A stretch of DNA of 64,000 nt from Geosiphon pyriformis uo1 (taxonomy: Eukaryota; Fungi; Glomeromycota), in the NCBI GenBank assembly GCA_016748015.1, contig JAAOMT010000523.1, positions 1,134,437 through 1,198,436 of the forward strand. Direction: 5' to 3'. The notes below the pieces were generated by a model that ran no database searches, was not told the origin of the DNA, and saw nothing but the letters and a program-made list of their open reading frames with translations. A program made the translations under genes and the position numbers. Positions 1-13,712 of the stretch are shown here, in pieces (position 1 is the first letter of the stretch; every line of letters starts with the position of its first letter).

Positions 1-443
1 TTGATTAAAAAGCTTTATCGAAAAACAACAGTAGATTGTGTGGATCATATTGTTGAAGTTGTGAAAAAATCAAGTACAGCGGGATTAAACAAAGTTCAGT
101 GCTATGAAAACGGCAAAGGCTTTCAATACTTAGATCTTAATTCCGTGTTGGGAATTTTTTTTAAGAAATTGAGTGGTTTACAAAAGTATCAGCATTTTCT
201 ATTTGAAGCAGCTCAACCTGGAGTTGTCAAAGCCCGGTTGCTAATGGTACTTATACTGAATTTAATTTGTTAAAAACTAAAAAAGCAAGTGTTTCTGAAA
301 TTACCAAAGAAATTAAGTCCTTTTCAATCCTAGTACTAACCCCTCCTCCTTAGGATTACAGAAGGCAAGAATACCTTTATTACAATATTCGTCCATTTGT
401 CCGGGATGAATTCAAAGATATCACTTGTCCAGAACCAATCTAA
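1..443 (+). pseudogene. 3' end of a frameshifted hypothetical protein gene, probably transposon-related (DUF7869-like C-terminus)
   Basis: ORF 1-273 (...YQHFLFEAAQPGVVKA) continues after a frameshift near 235 as ANGTYTEFNLLK...PPPLDYRRQEYLYYNIRPFVRDEFKDITCPEPI*, stop at 441-443. CpGs are retained. Family assignment is from memory of the RQxYLYxxIRPFV..DxxCP motif. Confidence 0.5.
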
Positions 444-699
444 TCTACACTGCCAATAAATAAAACATATTTATATTACCAAAGCTGTAGAAATATGAAT
501 ACAGTCAAACCTGAGATAACCCATACCCTTGGTGAATACAAATTGCTATGGGTTATTACAGGTTATGAGTTTTCTTAGATATAGTATACATATAATAAAA
601 ATAGATATAATATTATTAAAAAATAAATTTATTTGCATATTCTTATAAGAATTTTTAAATAGTTCATGCAATATTAAAGAAACTTGTAAGAGTTGTTTG

Positions 700-2300
700 T
701 TTTTGTTTATCTTGTATTCTCTTATGAAGTATACATTTAACATAAGCAAGCTTACTAACTGCATCATAAAATTTCTTGCTATTTTTAAGCTTTATAAACT
801 GTTTAAGATTTGTAATAGCAGTTAATACATCTTTAATACTCATTACTTAGAGCTATTATGCTTTGTTTTACAATTTTTTATAATATAATTTGCAATCTTA
901 TTATTATTTAAATGTTCCAAAGTAATTGTATTGTTTTTTTTAAATAGATTTATCAACTCTTTAATTAATAAATATATATAATTTGGCTATATACAATTGA
1001 ATTCTTTGTAATAATTCTTAATCTTTTTTAATATTATCTTTTAATTATAATTAATTTTTATTTCCAAGTTTGCAGTTTTATTCTGAAAGTTGTTATTTAT
1101 ATTAATTAGAAGAATATCAACTTTGTGTTAGCAATAAGCAATTATTTTATTTAAAACATTTTTTTATGTTTTATAAATTAAACACATTGCTTAAAATTGG
1201 TTAATTGCATAAATATTATTAATATTATTATCAAAAAAATTCAATACATGATAAAAAAAATAGTAATAGTAATATGTCTTAAAACAATAAATAATTCCAG
1301 TATCCATAGACTAAATATGTATTGTTAAGTTAGATACAAACTGTCTTATATGAATATTTGTAATATATTTTGTATTATAATTGTAATTAATAAAATTTTT
1401 TTACTAATAACAATATGTTTTGGTTTTTTTTATACAGTTAATAGTTCTAATCAACAAGACATTATCAAAAATATTACCAATTATCTAAGCACAAGTGTTT
1501 AAATAATACTAAAAACCAAGTTGTTTTTTTGTTTTTTTTAAAAACAATATGAACATTTAGCATAATCAATAATAAGTGGTGGTAAATACTTAGTTCCATT
1601 AATATTGGTTGTAAAGACAAATATTAGTTGCACTTTTAATTGTTTGGTATTATAATATAGTATTGTAACAAAATTTTGATTTGGTAATATAACATAAAAT
1701 AATGTAGTTTTATCTATATTAAAAATATTATATAACTTTTAATTAGCAAAAAATGTCATTATATACACTTACTTATCTTTAATATATTTAATATTGATTA
1801 ATAATACTCACCATAAAAGTAAAATAAAATATGGTTTTTAAAGTTTTTAAGCTAATTATTAGATAGTTTTTTATGCTTATTTTCTAAAATATCAAATTAA
1901 TTATAGAATTTTATGTTAGTAGCTTAAATTACATCTTCAGTAAGTATTATTTTATGCAATTTTGCCTCTTAAACAAAAATAATAAGTGCTTTATTAAAGT
2001 CAGAATTATATATACTTGCTAATTAAATCATGCATTATATTTGTTTATAAATAAAAATTTGATTCATTTTTAATCCAAGTCGAAACTAGAAGCTATTTTA
2101 TATATGAAAAACTGTTTTTTTTAAAGTGTTATATAGTTTTTGATTGGTTTTTATTATTTGTATAATATTAATTAAGCACCAAAAACTTATCATGAAGTAT
2201 AGCATTCTTATAATTTTGTAGAATACAAGCTAAAAAGATGGCATATTTTTTGTTATTAGATATAGTAAAATTAAAAAACAAAAAAAAACTATGATTAAGG
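700..2300 (-). pseudogene. Decayed pogo transposase (HTH/CENP-B plus DDE_1)
   Basis: Minus-strand relics: NIFNIDKTTLFY (1694-1729; pogo motif IFNxDETxLFY), (W)LKNFKN...GE (~1806-1856), IILTEDVI (~1930-1955). Many stops; boundaries approximate. Confidence 0.75.
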
Positions 2301-2331
2301 CTTTGATCAGATAAGATTGATTTAAAAATTC

Positions 2332-3040
2332 GATTTAATTACTTACATAATTAATAATAATTTAAAACTTGAACCAATTTAAAATTCTGATTTAATTATT
2401 CATACAATTAATAATAATTTAGAACTTAGAACAATTCAAAACTCTAATTTAATTACTCATATAATTAATAATAATTTAAAACTTGGAACAATTTAAAATT
2501 CCAACTTAATTATTTATTCAATCAATAATAATTTAAAACTTGAAACAATTTAAAACTCTGACTTAATTACTTATATAATTAATAATAATTTAAAACTTAA
2601 AACAATTTGAAATCTTGACTTAATTACTTATACAATTAATAATAATTTAAAACTTAAAACAATTTGAAACTCTGACTTAATTACTTATATAATTAATGAT
2701 AATTTAAAACTTAAAACAATTTGAAATCTTAACTTAATTATTTATATAATTAATAATAATTTAAAACTTGGAACAATTCAAAATTCTGATTTAATTACTT
2801 ATACAATCAATAATAATTTAAAACTTGGAACATTTAAAACTTTGATTTAATTATTTACAAGATTAGTAATAATTTAAAACTTAGAACAATTTGAAACTTT
2901 GACTTGATTACTTATACAATTAATAATAATTTAGAACTTGGAATAATTCAAAACTTCGACTTAATTACTCATACAATTGATAATAATTTAAAACTTAAAA
3001 CAATTTGAAACTATGACTTAATTATTTACATGATTAATAA
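2332..3040. repeat. 57-bp tandem repeat, ~12.5 copies, inside the pogo element
   Basis: Unit ~GACTTAATTACTTATACAATTAATAATAATTTAAAACTTGGAACAATTTGAAACTCT. The register shifts 3 nt per 60-nt line; copies differ mostly by transitions. Confidence 0.95.
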
Positions 3041-3715
3041 TCATTCTGTTGAATAAGTAATATTATATTATTATATAGCATTTTTAGTCATAAAAATATT
3101 GGTTTGCTTTACTGCAATTTTACTAGAATTAACAGAATTTAAACTAAATTTAGCACCTAAAATAATTTATACTGATAATAAAAAGTTATAAATTATTAAA
3201 TATTATAGGTATAGGTTATAAACATAAAAATTTTTTAACTACCAAATTAATAGATTCAAAATACTATGACTTATCACAGATTATAAGTTATCTTAATATA
3301 AGTTATCTCAGATTTAATTGTATATTTTTTTTAAAATACAAAACAAAAATTATAACAAGATATAATCTATTTTATGTTATATATTAAATATAATTTACAT
3401 GTAACCAGCTATCTAAATTTATGTCAAAATTATACTAAGCTAGGCTTTAATATTTAAATTTAATTTTTTATTTATCTTGGTTTTAATGGCTTGATTTATT
3501 ATTTCAAACTTTTAAAAGAGTTTTATTATTTTTTTAAATGATAATAAAACAAGTTTTTTATTGAATTTTTCAAAAATATTTGGCAATAAAACATTAAATT
3601 AATTAGCAATTTATATATAAAAAATAAAATGATTTTTAATACAAATATTGTAATATAATTAAAAAAAATAGTTTTATAAACAAAAATAAAATAAAATAAT
3701 TTGAATTTTAATACT

Positions 3716-3860
3716 TGTTATAATATTAATAATTAAAAGTTTTTTTGTATTAATTATTTAATATTACATAATTAGTCATTTTATTTTTGGATAATAATTA
3801 TTAACTTAATTAATAATCTAATTAATAATTTTTTTTTATTAAATTTAATATATATTCTAA
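3716..3860 (+). mobile_element. Partial, heavily mutated family-A-like LTR fragment
   Basis: Starts TGTTA and resembles the first ~150 nt of the LTR at 12932 (ataattagtcattttattttt...). Confidence 0.4.
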
Positions 3861-3962
3861 TTATTATTTAATATAAAGAATTAAACTAAATAATAAACAT
3901 TAAATGTAATTTATGTATTTTCTATATATAATTAGACATAAATTTAATTTAAACTAAGCTAT

Positions 3963-4640
3963 TATTATGATTAAAAATTAGAGTTTTTATTAATTATTAC
4001 ATATATTAGTTATTATTATTATATAATTAGCCATTTTATTTTTAGAAAATAAATAATTTGATCAATAATCTAGTTATTAACTTAACTATTAATTTAATTA
4101 GTGATTTGATTATTGACTTAGTTATTAATCTGGTTATTTACTACTTTGATAGCTATATAAATAATATATTTTTTAGCTTTAAAAAAGTATATTTTAATAT
4201 ATAAAACATATATAAATTAAAATAATAAAAATTACTTTTATAATATTTAATCTTTTTTAATTTACTTAATTTTTATTTAAATATCTAAAAAATTTTATAA
4301 TAAAAAACTACTTGTTAGTATTTATTTGTAATTGTTAGTTTTAAAGATTATTTATTAAAAAGTACAATCAATATTTAATATTAAATTCTAAAAATGCTAA
4401 TGTATAAAATTATACTAGTATATTATTTTTTGTTAATAGTATAGACTATTTTTTACTTTTAAATTTTTTGTTACTTTTTAGAAAAAATAATAACTAAAAT
4501 ATTTATAAAATTAATCTCATATATTAAATTTATACTAATTTAATTTATTCTTTAAAGTTAATTTTTTTTTGATTATTTTTATTATAATACAATTTTATTT
4601 TACTTTACTATTTATTAACTTGTTATTTTAATTTATAATA
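3963..4640 (+). mobile_element. Solo LTR of gypsy family A (strongly AT-mutated)
   Basis: Colinear with LTR 12932-13660; ends TATTAT...ATAATA (mutated TG...CA); 4-bp TSD CTAT at 3959-3962 and 4641-4644. Confidence 0.85.
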
Positions 4641-4899
4641 CTATATTAAGTTTATAAAAAAAAATTTATTTTGAAAAAACATTTTATTAATTAAAAAACT
4701 ATTATTTATAATAAGTAAGTTAATATAAACTTTATTATTTAAATACCTATTATCACAATTTTTTATATAATTAATATTAAAATTATATTTAATTTTAATT
4801 ATAATTATGTTTAAGAAAAGTTTATTTATAATTTTACCAAAAATAAATACTTTACTTTAAATAATATTAATTATATTTTTAAGTTTTATATATAAAACA

Positions 4900-5750
4900 A
4901 AAAGAGTTTTCAAAAAAATAATAACCAAAAAAACCAATAAATTAATTAACTTAACAAAAAACTTAATTAAAATAGCCAAATTTAAAATTTAAGATTTCAA
5001 AAAATCCAACTTAGATTTAATTACAGAATTAATAACAAAAACAACCAAAAAAACAGAAATTTTAGCATAAAATCTTTTATTAACATAAAATAATACAAAA
5101 AACTTAAAATTAACAGCAAATTTAAAAAAAGAAATAATAATATCTTATAATTTAAAGCCAAATACCTAAAATTTTAATATTTAAAAGTTTTTTACTAAAT
5201 TTTAAATTTTTTTAAAATACTAATTTTTAATAATAACTGTATTAAATCTTTTTTAAACTTAAAAATAACAATAATATATTGAAATTATTTAGCAAATTCA
5301 AAAAAATAAAAAATAAAACAAGTATAATTATTAATTTAAAAAACCAATTCACTAATTTTAAAGACTAAGCAAAAAGAAAATTAACCAATTTGGTCTTAAA
5401 TATATTATAAAAAAAATGGTTGTTTTTTAATTATCAAAAAAAATTTTAACACTTTTTTTGTTTATTAGAATTAATTAATTAAAAATTATGTTTTATTATT
5501 AATTAATTTTTTTTAATAATTCTTGTATTTATAATTGAAAATATTTTATTGCTCTTATAATTTTAGATATTATATAAGATCTTATATTCTTAATTATATT
5601 TTTATTTACAGAAAAAATATGTTTAAAACCAATAAATAATTCTTAAATTGTTAAATAATTATAAACTATATATATAAAATAAAATAATTGTGTTTAATAT
5701 ACTTAAATATTAAATTTTTAATAAAAATAATAAGTTAAATAGATATTTTT
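4900..5750 (-). mobile_element. Very degraded LINE ORF1-like relic
   Basis: Residual coding-like sequence resembling the coiled-coil C-terminus of the LINE ORF1s in this window; mostly erased. Confidence 0.35.
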
Positions 5751-5894
5751 TGCAATATATTTTTTACTATGTTATTATATTTATTTTTTATTGGCTATTT
5801 TTTTAAAAATATAATAATTAATTTTGTTAAGTATTTTTTCTTATTATTATTAAAGTTTGTTTTTAATATAAATTTATAACTAATGTTATAATTT

Positions 5895-8800
5895 TTTTTA
5901 TTTATTTATTTAACAAGTAAGACTCAAATACTATTTAGCACAATACATCAAACTAAGTAATTTAAACTAAGTACAAATTATGTACTTTCTATATATGACC
6001 AGTTATTTAAACCAATTAAAGCAATACTATAAAACTATTCTAACAGACATCATATTATTAGTACCAGAAAAAAAACTGCAAAGCTTGTAAAAATCAAAAT
6101 TAACACTATATGTCTCCACAATATCAAGTAATTTAACAATATTATTAGAAAGTAACAACAAAAACTCATAAATCTCTGAAGACACCAAATCATCATTTGC
6201 AATTAAATCTTTTTTTTCTATAATTACTCTAAATTTAGCTCTCACTATTTACACTTCTATTTGATAAGCCATTTTCAAGTTTCTCACCAGATTAATAATT
6301 AATTTGCCAAAAATTTTAGCACAGCCAAAAATGAACAAAGCTTTCAAATATCAATCTCTAAAAACAAAATCTTTCTACAAAACCATATATACCTTAAGAT
6401 TAGAAGCATATATGAAAAACATTTGCATAATACAAAATAATGATAGATTAAATCCCAACATAAAGACCCACTAAATTAAATGTAAATTAAGCAAGTCTTT
6501 ACAAACAACAAAGTCTATTATATACATAAATGAATGATCAAGAAGTTATATCTTTCTGCAATAAAGACACAATATACTAAAGTAAGCTTTATTATATAAG
6601 TGTTTTTTAACAGCAACTGGCAATAATAATGCAAAGTTTTCATAAAATATAAGTGCAAATCAACAGTAAATTTACTTATAAACCAGATATTATATATAAA
6701 TCAGAATGCCAAACTGATAAAATTCAATCTTAATTCACATCTCTAATCATATTTGTACTAATAATATTAGACCCAGACTCAACCTTTTAGTAAGCCTAAT
6801 AAATAGTTCTAAAAACACTATAAATAAAATAATAAATATTTTCAAACACTTCTACTTTATCAATTTTAATATAATTCTTTTTAATGAAAACAGAAAATAC
6901 CAAATTCAAACACAAAGTTAAGTTAGCCAGTTTGTTAACACATTTATTATTAGAAATACCTAAATGGTCTCTGACCTTAAACCAAGTTTTTTATCTTTAA
7001 TAGAGTTTATCACACTACATCTCTCTATTCAACATTAATTACAAAAATTTGGCAGAGCCAATCTTAATTTAGCAGCACATATATCCAGAGCAATTTGACT
7101 GTCTGAATATACCATAATATTATTATCAGCTGAAACACATTTTAAAGCTAGGACAATAGCCTATAATTCAGCTATTATAGAAAAAACCAAACCACCAATC
7201 TTCACATTAATATTCAAATTTAAATCAGCAAAAAATGCAGCTGCAGTACATCTTATTTTTCATGTTTCCAAGTTTTTAAGTGATTCATTTATGTAAACAT
7301 TAATAATATTCAAATCAACATTAGAAAAACACTGTCATATTGTAGAAAAACTGCCAGAACTGAAAACACTTGAAAATTAAGAGCTGCCAATAAAAGGCTG
7401 TACAACAAGACAACAAAAAAAGTTGACCAAATACTTGCATGCCAATTTGAACCACACAGAAATTGGGCCCCTAAAATCAAGTTTCTTCCAATAACAAAAA
7501 CTTTTCCAATTAAAAACTAATCCTTTTTTATTATATAATTGTTTAATAAAAGCAATATTAAATTTTTTAAGCAATTTAAAAACATTATAGAACACAAAAT
7601 CTCTTAAAATAAAAGACATTAAAGTGCTTTTTAAGAACCAAAATGCAAAAAAAAGATTGTTGACAAAAAACATGTCATAATTCAAGAAAATTTTTACAAC
7701 ACCAGTCAAAAAGTTGTTGACCAGATTAATTTTTAACCTAACAAAGATTTGCAAATCCAGAAACCTATAATTAAACAAATAACAAAGAATTTTACTAGTA
7801 TTTGAAAAACAGAACACCAAAGCTGACTTACTTTTTATCTGTAAGAATCCTCTTTTTGTGCAACAGAAATTGGCAAACCATTTATTAATAATAAGACATT
7901 TTTGACTTTCAGGTTAATAAAAATAGCTATCATTTTTTTATTGTTAATTAAAATATTATTAATCTTAAAAAACTTACTTACAAGGTCTAAAATACACTAA
8001 GTAACTGTCTAATTATTTTCCATTCAAATTGTGTTATTGATGAAAGCACCAGCCACCAGAAACAAAAACAATTTACTCTGTAATTCTATCCTGTTAGTTT
8101 TAAAAACAAACCTAATGTCAATATGATAATTATAAAAGCTTTTATGTTTTTTGACTTCACACAAAAGAGAGTCATAGAAGATTTTTTAGAACAGAGAAAA
8201 AAACTTTGCTCTGATCCAGACTATTATAAATATAGTATTTATTAGTAAGTCTATAATCTGTTATAATTTAGTTTATTATTGTGAATACTACCAAAAAACC
8301 TGATAAAATGCTTGTATATTTTAATTTAAACTAAACTATTTTTAAAATAATATAACTCAACAGAGTTATAGGCTTTTTGCATATACTATAAAACAAGCCA
8401 AAAATCATGACTTTTTTCCAAAGCATCTTTAATTACTAAGTCTACAGCAAAAATAAAAAACTGAGTAGTAGTACTTTTTAACACAAAAAAATTGTTATTA
8501 TAAAAAACATCAAAATTGTTGCATGCCAATAAAATTTTATTAAAGAGTATTTTAAAAAAAATCTTATAAATAGTCTTAATCAAAACAATTAATTTGATGT
8601 TAGTTAAAATTCTGTTCTACTTGTAAGGCTTAGAAATCATTGACATTCAAGCTTTTTTTTATGGATAAAACACAGATTCACATACTAAACAAAAGTTTAA
8701 GAAATTCAAGAGCATTATAAAAATAGAGGCATTATAATGATTTTATAGTTTATTAGTAATGTCAAACAAATTAGCAGTCTTTTCATTAGATAAATTTTTT

Positions 8801-11800
8801 ATTATGTACCACAATTCATCAAAACTAATAGCAGTCATAACATTAAAAAAAGTATTATTATTGACATATATCAATAGTAAGTATTGATAACTTTACATGA
8901 CAGAAATCTCATTCATTATCAATCTTTTTTTTGTTTAATCCTTCATTATTATATCAACCATAGATTTGATCTCAATTAGATCAAGAACCAGTTTATTATC
9001 TATAATCAAATAATCTAAAACCACTTTTCAAAAAGAATGTTCTAATATGTTTTTAATAATGTAATCCTTATTAACCACAAAACTTTTTATTCTCTTATTA
9101 ATAACAAATCTAATATTTATCTTTTTAGTTCTTAAAATTTGGCAAGTTTGTAGGCACAGTATAATTTTTTTATACTAAAAAGAGCAAAACAAATACAATT
9201 AAGACCAGTATTAAAATCCAATAGAACCCAAATATTTAAAGCCTTATTATTATCTAAAAAAGTTCAGTAATTTATTAAAAAAACAAACTTACCATTAGTA
9301 TCTACATGTAAAAACTTGACAATTTTTGATATTAAAATTTCCAATTTATAAAACTTAAAGAAGTTCTTAATAAAAATACCATTAAAGTTTTTAAATCATA
9401 TTTTTTTGAATACTTTATTAGCCAAAAAACATATTATCTTACAAACTATATCTTATATTGCATTCAGATTTGAAAATTTTTTGGAAATAACAAACTTACC
9501 AGAAAACATCATCATGTTAACTGTTGTAATATTTTTAAACTTATTCTATTTTGCTCTATTAATATCTTTAATATTAAATTTTCAATAATTTTTATTTGTT
9601 TATTTGTACAGAAAATTTAACTATATATTCAATAAGTTACTTAAACTCACAAAAACAAAAATGGTCTAGTAATTAGTATTAAAGTAATTACCAATGTCTA
9701 CTATATTATAATTTATCACTATATTAATCAGATTTAGAAAAACAAACACAATTAATTATTTTTACGACACTCTTAAAATTCATTTATGTTAACAATTTTA
9801 CAACTGAGCTTCTAATTAATAAATTGACCAGTTCTAAACTAAGGCATTTTTTAAAACTAGCACACTTACAAGAATCATTTTTATTGAAATTACCATTTAA
9901 GATGACAAAAAAAGATTCATTTACAGCTTTTGCAATTAAAAAGTTGACTTTTTCAGTCTAAGATAAATGTATTATTAATGTTGTACCAGCATACAGTCCC
10001 AGAATCAAAACAGAAAATTTATTTTTAAAGAGCAACTTAACAGAAAGAAGATGATCAGAAATTCAGAAACTTTATATATATGTTTTACTAAGACAATATC
10101 TATAATAATCACAACACCAGAACCCAAGTAATCAGAATTTAAATCAGAAACAAATACATAAATACCATCAAACTTATCAGCAATTTATGAATGAATCTTT
10201 CCCTTTAATTTTGTTTTAGTAATAATTAAAATCAAATTGTTTATATTTTTATGCCAATGAATAATATTTTCTTGCTTTGCAGAATTGTTTATATCTCTAA
10301 TATTGTACATGGCAATATTTCAAATCAAACCAATTATTGATAAAAAAAAATATTTGAAATCAAATTTTTATTGTTCAACTTGACTAACAAACCTATAACT
10401 ATATTTGACAAATTGTTTAATTTCTCTTTAAACTCTTTAACAGTTACTTAATTTAATAATACCATCTTCATTACAGTCTTGCCACTAATAGCTGTATCAG
10501 AATTTTTACTTATCACTATATCCACCTCTTGATTCTGTAATAAAGAGATTACCAATAGCTAATATTTAAAGCTAGACTGAAAAATTATTGGTTCAAGTAC
10601 ATTTAATCTCTTAGCCAGCTTATTAATTTGCTTTACAAAGCTAATAAGACTGTACTTAAGAATAACAAACCTATTATTTATATCTAAAAAAACTGACAAA
10701 AAAGGTTTTGTGTTTAAAGACAAACTAGTACCAAAAGAATCCAAAGATATTATATGAAAAGTAGAGTCATTAGCAATCTGAACTCAAGTTTTTTTTTCAA
10801 ATAAAACTAAACAAGTAATTGGCACTTGTTTTTTTTATAAATATTTGCCAAACAAAACTAATTCTGAGAACTAACATGTTTATTATGATTACTTGAATTT
10901 TCACCTATTGAATACACATTAAAAACATGACCAATTGTTTGTACTGTATACAACAAGCCAAAAAAAACCAGTTCAGCACAAATTTATATTCTTAAAAATT
11001 AGAACAAAACTAATAGCAGCAATTTTAAATGTTTTATTAGCAAAACAAACTACAGCACATTTATTATGCACATATAAATTAGAATTGTGGCCAATAAAAC
11101 AAGTTTTCTTATTATATGATTTCAACAAACCAGAAAAATTATAAGCAGTAGTGCCAATTGGTAAAGTATATAGCAAAATCTAATATAAATTTCTGAATAC
11201 CTACAATTGTTTATTATTAATTGCCAAAGTTATATGTACAGAATTTTTTCTTATGAGAACTAACTATTTAGAAACAATCAAATTGGCAACATCTAATACT
11301 TTAAACTCTACCAAAATCTTTTGCTAAAAACCAATCAATTGTATTTTAATTGAAACAATTTTACCAAATTTAAAAAGGACCAATTTCACTGCTAATTTGA
11401 AAAAATTAACTAGAATTTCTATAATAATAATTTTCTAATCTAAATAACTACTTTGTTTCTTAACATTATCATTTACTAAGATTTTTTTATTAACAGCTAT
11501 TTTTTTGGCTTTGCCTAAACTTAATACAAACATAAAGATAGATTTAATAATGTCTAGAAATTTTGAAAAAATAGAGGCTCTTTCAAAACAATTAATACAA
11601 TAAAAAAAATTTTTTATAGTAATTAATTTATTATTATTAGTTTTGCTGAACACAACAAACAGATTAATATCTAAAGTAAATAATTTAACTGGCTCAAAGT
11701 TTTGCTTTTTCAAAACACATAATCTGACTGATAACAGCTGTTTAGAGTCAACAAATTTAGAAGACAGAAATACCAAAATGTCATTATTATTATTCATATT

Positions 11801-12340
11801 ATCAAACAAAAATGCCTTTAGTAAGTGGCCTAATATATATGTTTAAATACAAGTTTTTCTTAGTATAGTTTTGTTCATATTTTCATCATCTACAGAAATA
11901 TCTGAATCTGTGTAATTTGTTTTCTTTGTAATTGTGTTTTTTATATTTTCTACATCTAAAAGACCATTAATACTATTAGCAATACTATCAACATTACTTC
12001 CCTAAGACACCACAAGTTTAGCATTAAAGCCATCAATATTTTTTAGGCTTAGTAAGCTAACAAACAAGTCAATTACATTATCATTAGCTTTAGGCTTTTT
12101 ATAAAATACATCACAAGAGTATACACTCTAAACACACTTTTTTTTTATGCTTAAATAGATCTTCAAATTAGTCAAACCAGAACCAAAACTACCAGTAAAT
12201 ATGCTTACCAGTTCTATTACAACAAAAAAAAATGTGTTAGAAAAAATAACTAAAAAAAACAAAAAGAAAAGAAGGAAAGAAAAGTTAATTTTTTAATAAA
12301 TTTTTACTCTCATTGTAACTAGAAAATTAACAAAAAAAAG
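5895..12340 (-). mobile_element. Full-length but decayed L1-like LINE, copy 1 (ORF1 plus APE-RT-RNase H ORF2)
   Basis: Colinear with LINE copies at 39.2-49.4 and 57-63.7 kb: shared 3'UTR (tagcacaatacatcaaactaagt), A-rich tail at ~5890-5910, ORF fragments 7377-7820, 8386-8583, 10973-11176 and 11435-11809. The 5' end matches 49370-49420. Confidence 0.9.
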
Positions 12341-12931
12341 ATATTATTTTTTATGCTATAATATTATTAAAATTATTATTTAATAAAAAACTATTATTTA
12401 ATATAAATATAATAATTAATATGTATTTTATTTTAAAAAAAATACATATTTTAAAGATTTATTTATTATGTAAAAATTGAAAAATAAAACTATTTAAATA
12501 AATAAATAATTTATAATTTTTTTATTTTATTAATATTATTATTTAAATTTTTTTTTATAAAATAATAAATTTTTTTTCTTGGATTAAATACAGTATAAAG
12601 CATTATAATTGTATTTGTTTTAGAGTAATATTTAATTAACTTTTCTTTTTTTATTCTAATTACTATAACAAATAATAAATATAATATTAAATATATTAAA
12701 TAAATAAATTCAATTAAAATTATAATACTTTATTAGATTATTATTAATTATGTTTTTAATATAATTAAAAATAATATTAAAGAAAAAAAAATTAAAAAAC
12801 AATATTATAAGTAGATTTTTTAAGTAAATATTAATAATTTCTGTAATTTAGTGTTTAAAGTATTCTAAAAATTTTGTATTAGAGTTTTTTATATAATAAA
12901 CAAAAATTTACTTAATAACAGTTAATAATAA

Positions 12932-13660
12932 TGTTATGGTTGAAACTTATACTTTTTATTAATTATTACATGTATTAGTCATTGATGTCATATAAATTAG
13001 TCACTCTATTTTTAGAAAGTGATCATTAACTTGATCAATAACCTGACTGTTGACCTGATCATTGACCTGATCAATGACCTAATCAATGACTTAATTATTG
13101 ACCTGATCATTGACCTGATTATTAACCATTTTTGATAGTTATATAAGCAATAAATCTTTTAACTGTAGAAAAGCATGTAGAAATTAAGGAAATCAAATGA
13201 ATAAAATAACAACTTTCATCTCAATCTTTCTCTTATCACTAATTTCTTTTTCTCTACCTTCAAGTATTTAAATATCTTGAGATAAAAGATTACTTGTTAG
13301 TTATTCCTTACCCTTTTTCTTGAAATGTGTAATTGCAACATTTAAAGATTATTGAATAAAACGTGACAAAAGAGTACATCTAATACTTAATATTAAATTC
13401 TAAAAGTGCCAACATAAAGCATAGAATTATACCAGTGTGTGATTATTTGTTGACAGTATAAACTATTTTTCTACCTTCAGATTCTTCAGTTATCTTTAGA
13501 AAAGTACAGTAACTGAGATATTTTATGAGACTGATTTCACACATTGAATCTATACTTATTCAATTCACTCTTTGAAGTTGAATTTCTTTTGATTCCTTTC
13601 ATTACCCTACAATTCTGTTTTCCCTTGCTATCCATTAGCTTGTTATTCCAATCCATAACA
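12932..13660 (+). repeat. 5' LTR of A1, containing a 12-bp TGACCTGATCAT tandem array (~13020-13125)
   Basis: TGTTA...TAACA termini; direct repeat of 38491-39171. Confidence 0.95.
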
Positions 13661-13666
13661 TAAAAG

Positions 13667-13683
13667 TGGTGCTCCCTGTAAAG
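13667..13683 (+). promoter_or_regulatory. Primer binding site (consensus TGGTGCTCCCTGTGAGG)
   Basis: TGG-initiated; the same sequence occurs in A2 (31796-31812) and B (33811-33827). Complementary to a tRNA 3' end ...CCUCACAGGGAGCACCA (probably Met-e or Ile-UAU; not verified). Confidence 0.85.
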
Positions 13684-13712
13684 TTGTCAAAATTTACTTT
13701 GTTTCCTATTGT

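Larger units (their letters stand above)
502..3320 (-). mobile_element. Degenerate pogo/Tigger (Tc1-mariner superfamily) DNA transposon
   Basis: TIRs CAGTCAAACCTGAGATAACCCATA (502) and the reverse complement CAATTAAATCTGAGATAACTTATA (ending 3320) differ only by transitions. TA flanks at 500-501 and 3321-3322. Subterminal repeats at ~547-575 and ~3265-3295. Confidence 0.85.

Noticed and set aside
2332-3040. CRISPR-like array
   Set aside because: Contiguous tandem units with no unique spacers; eukaryotic transposon context; no cas genes.
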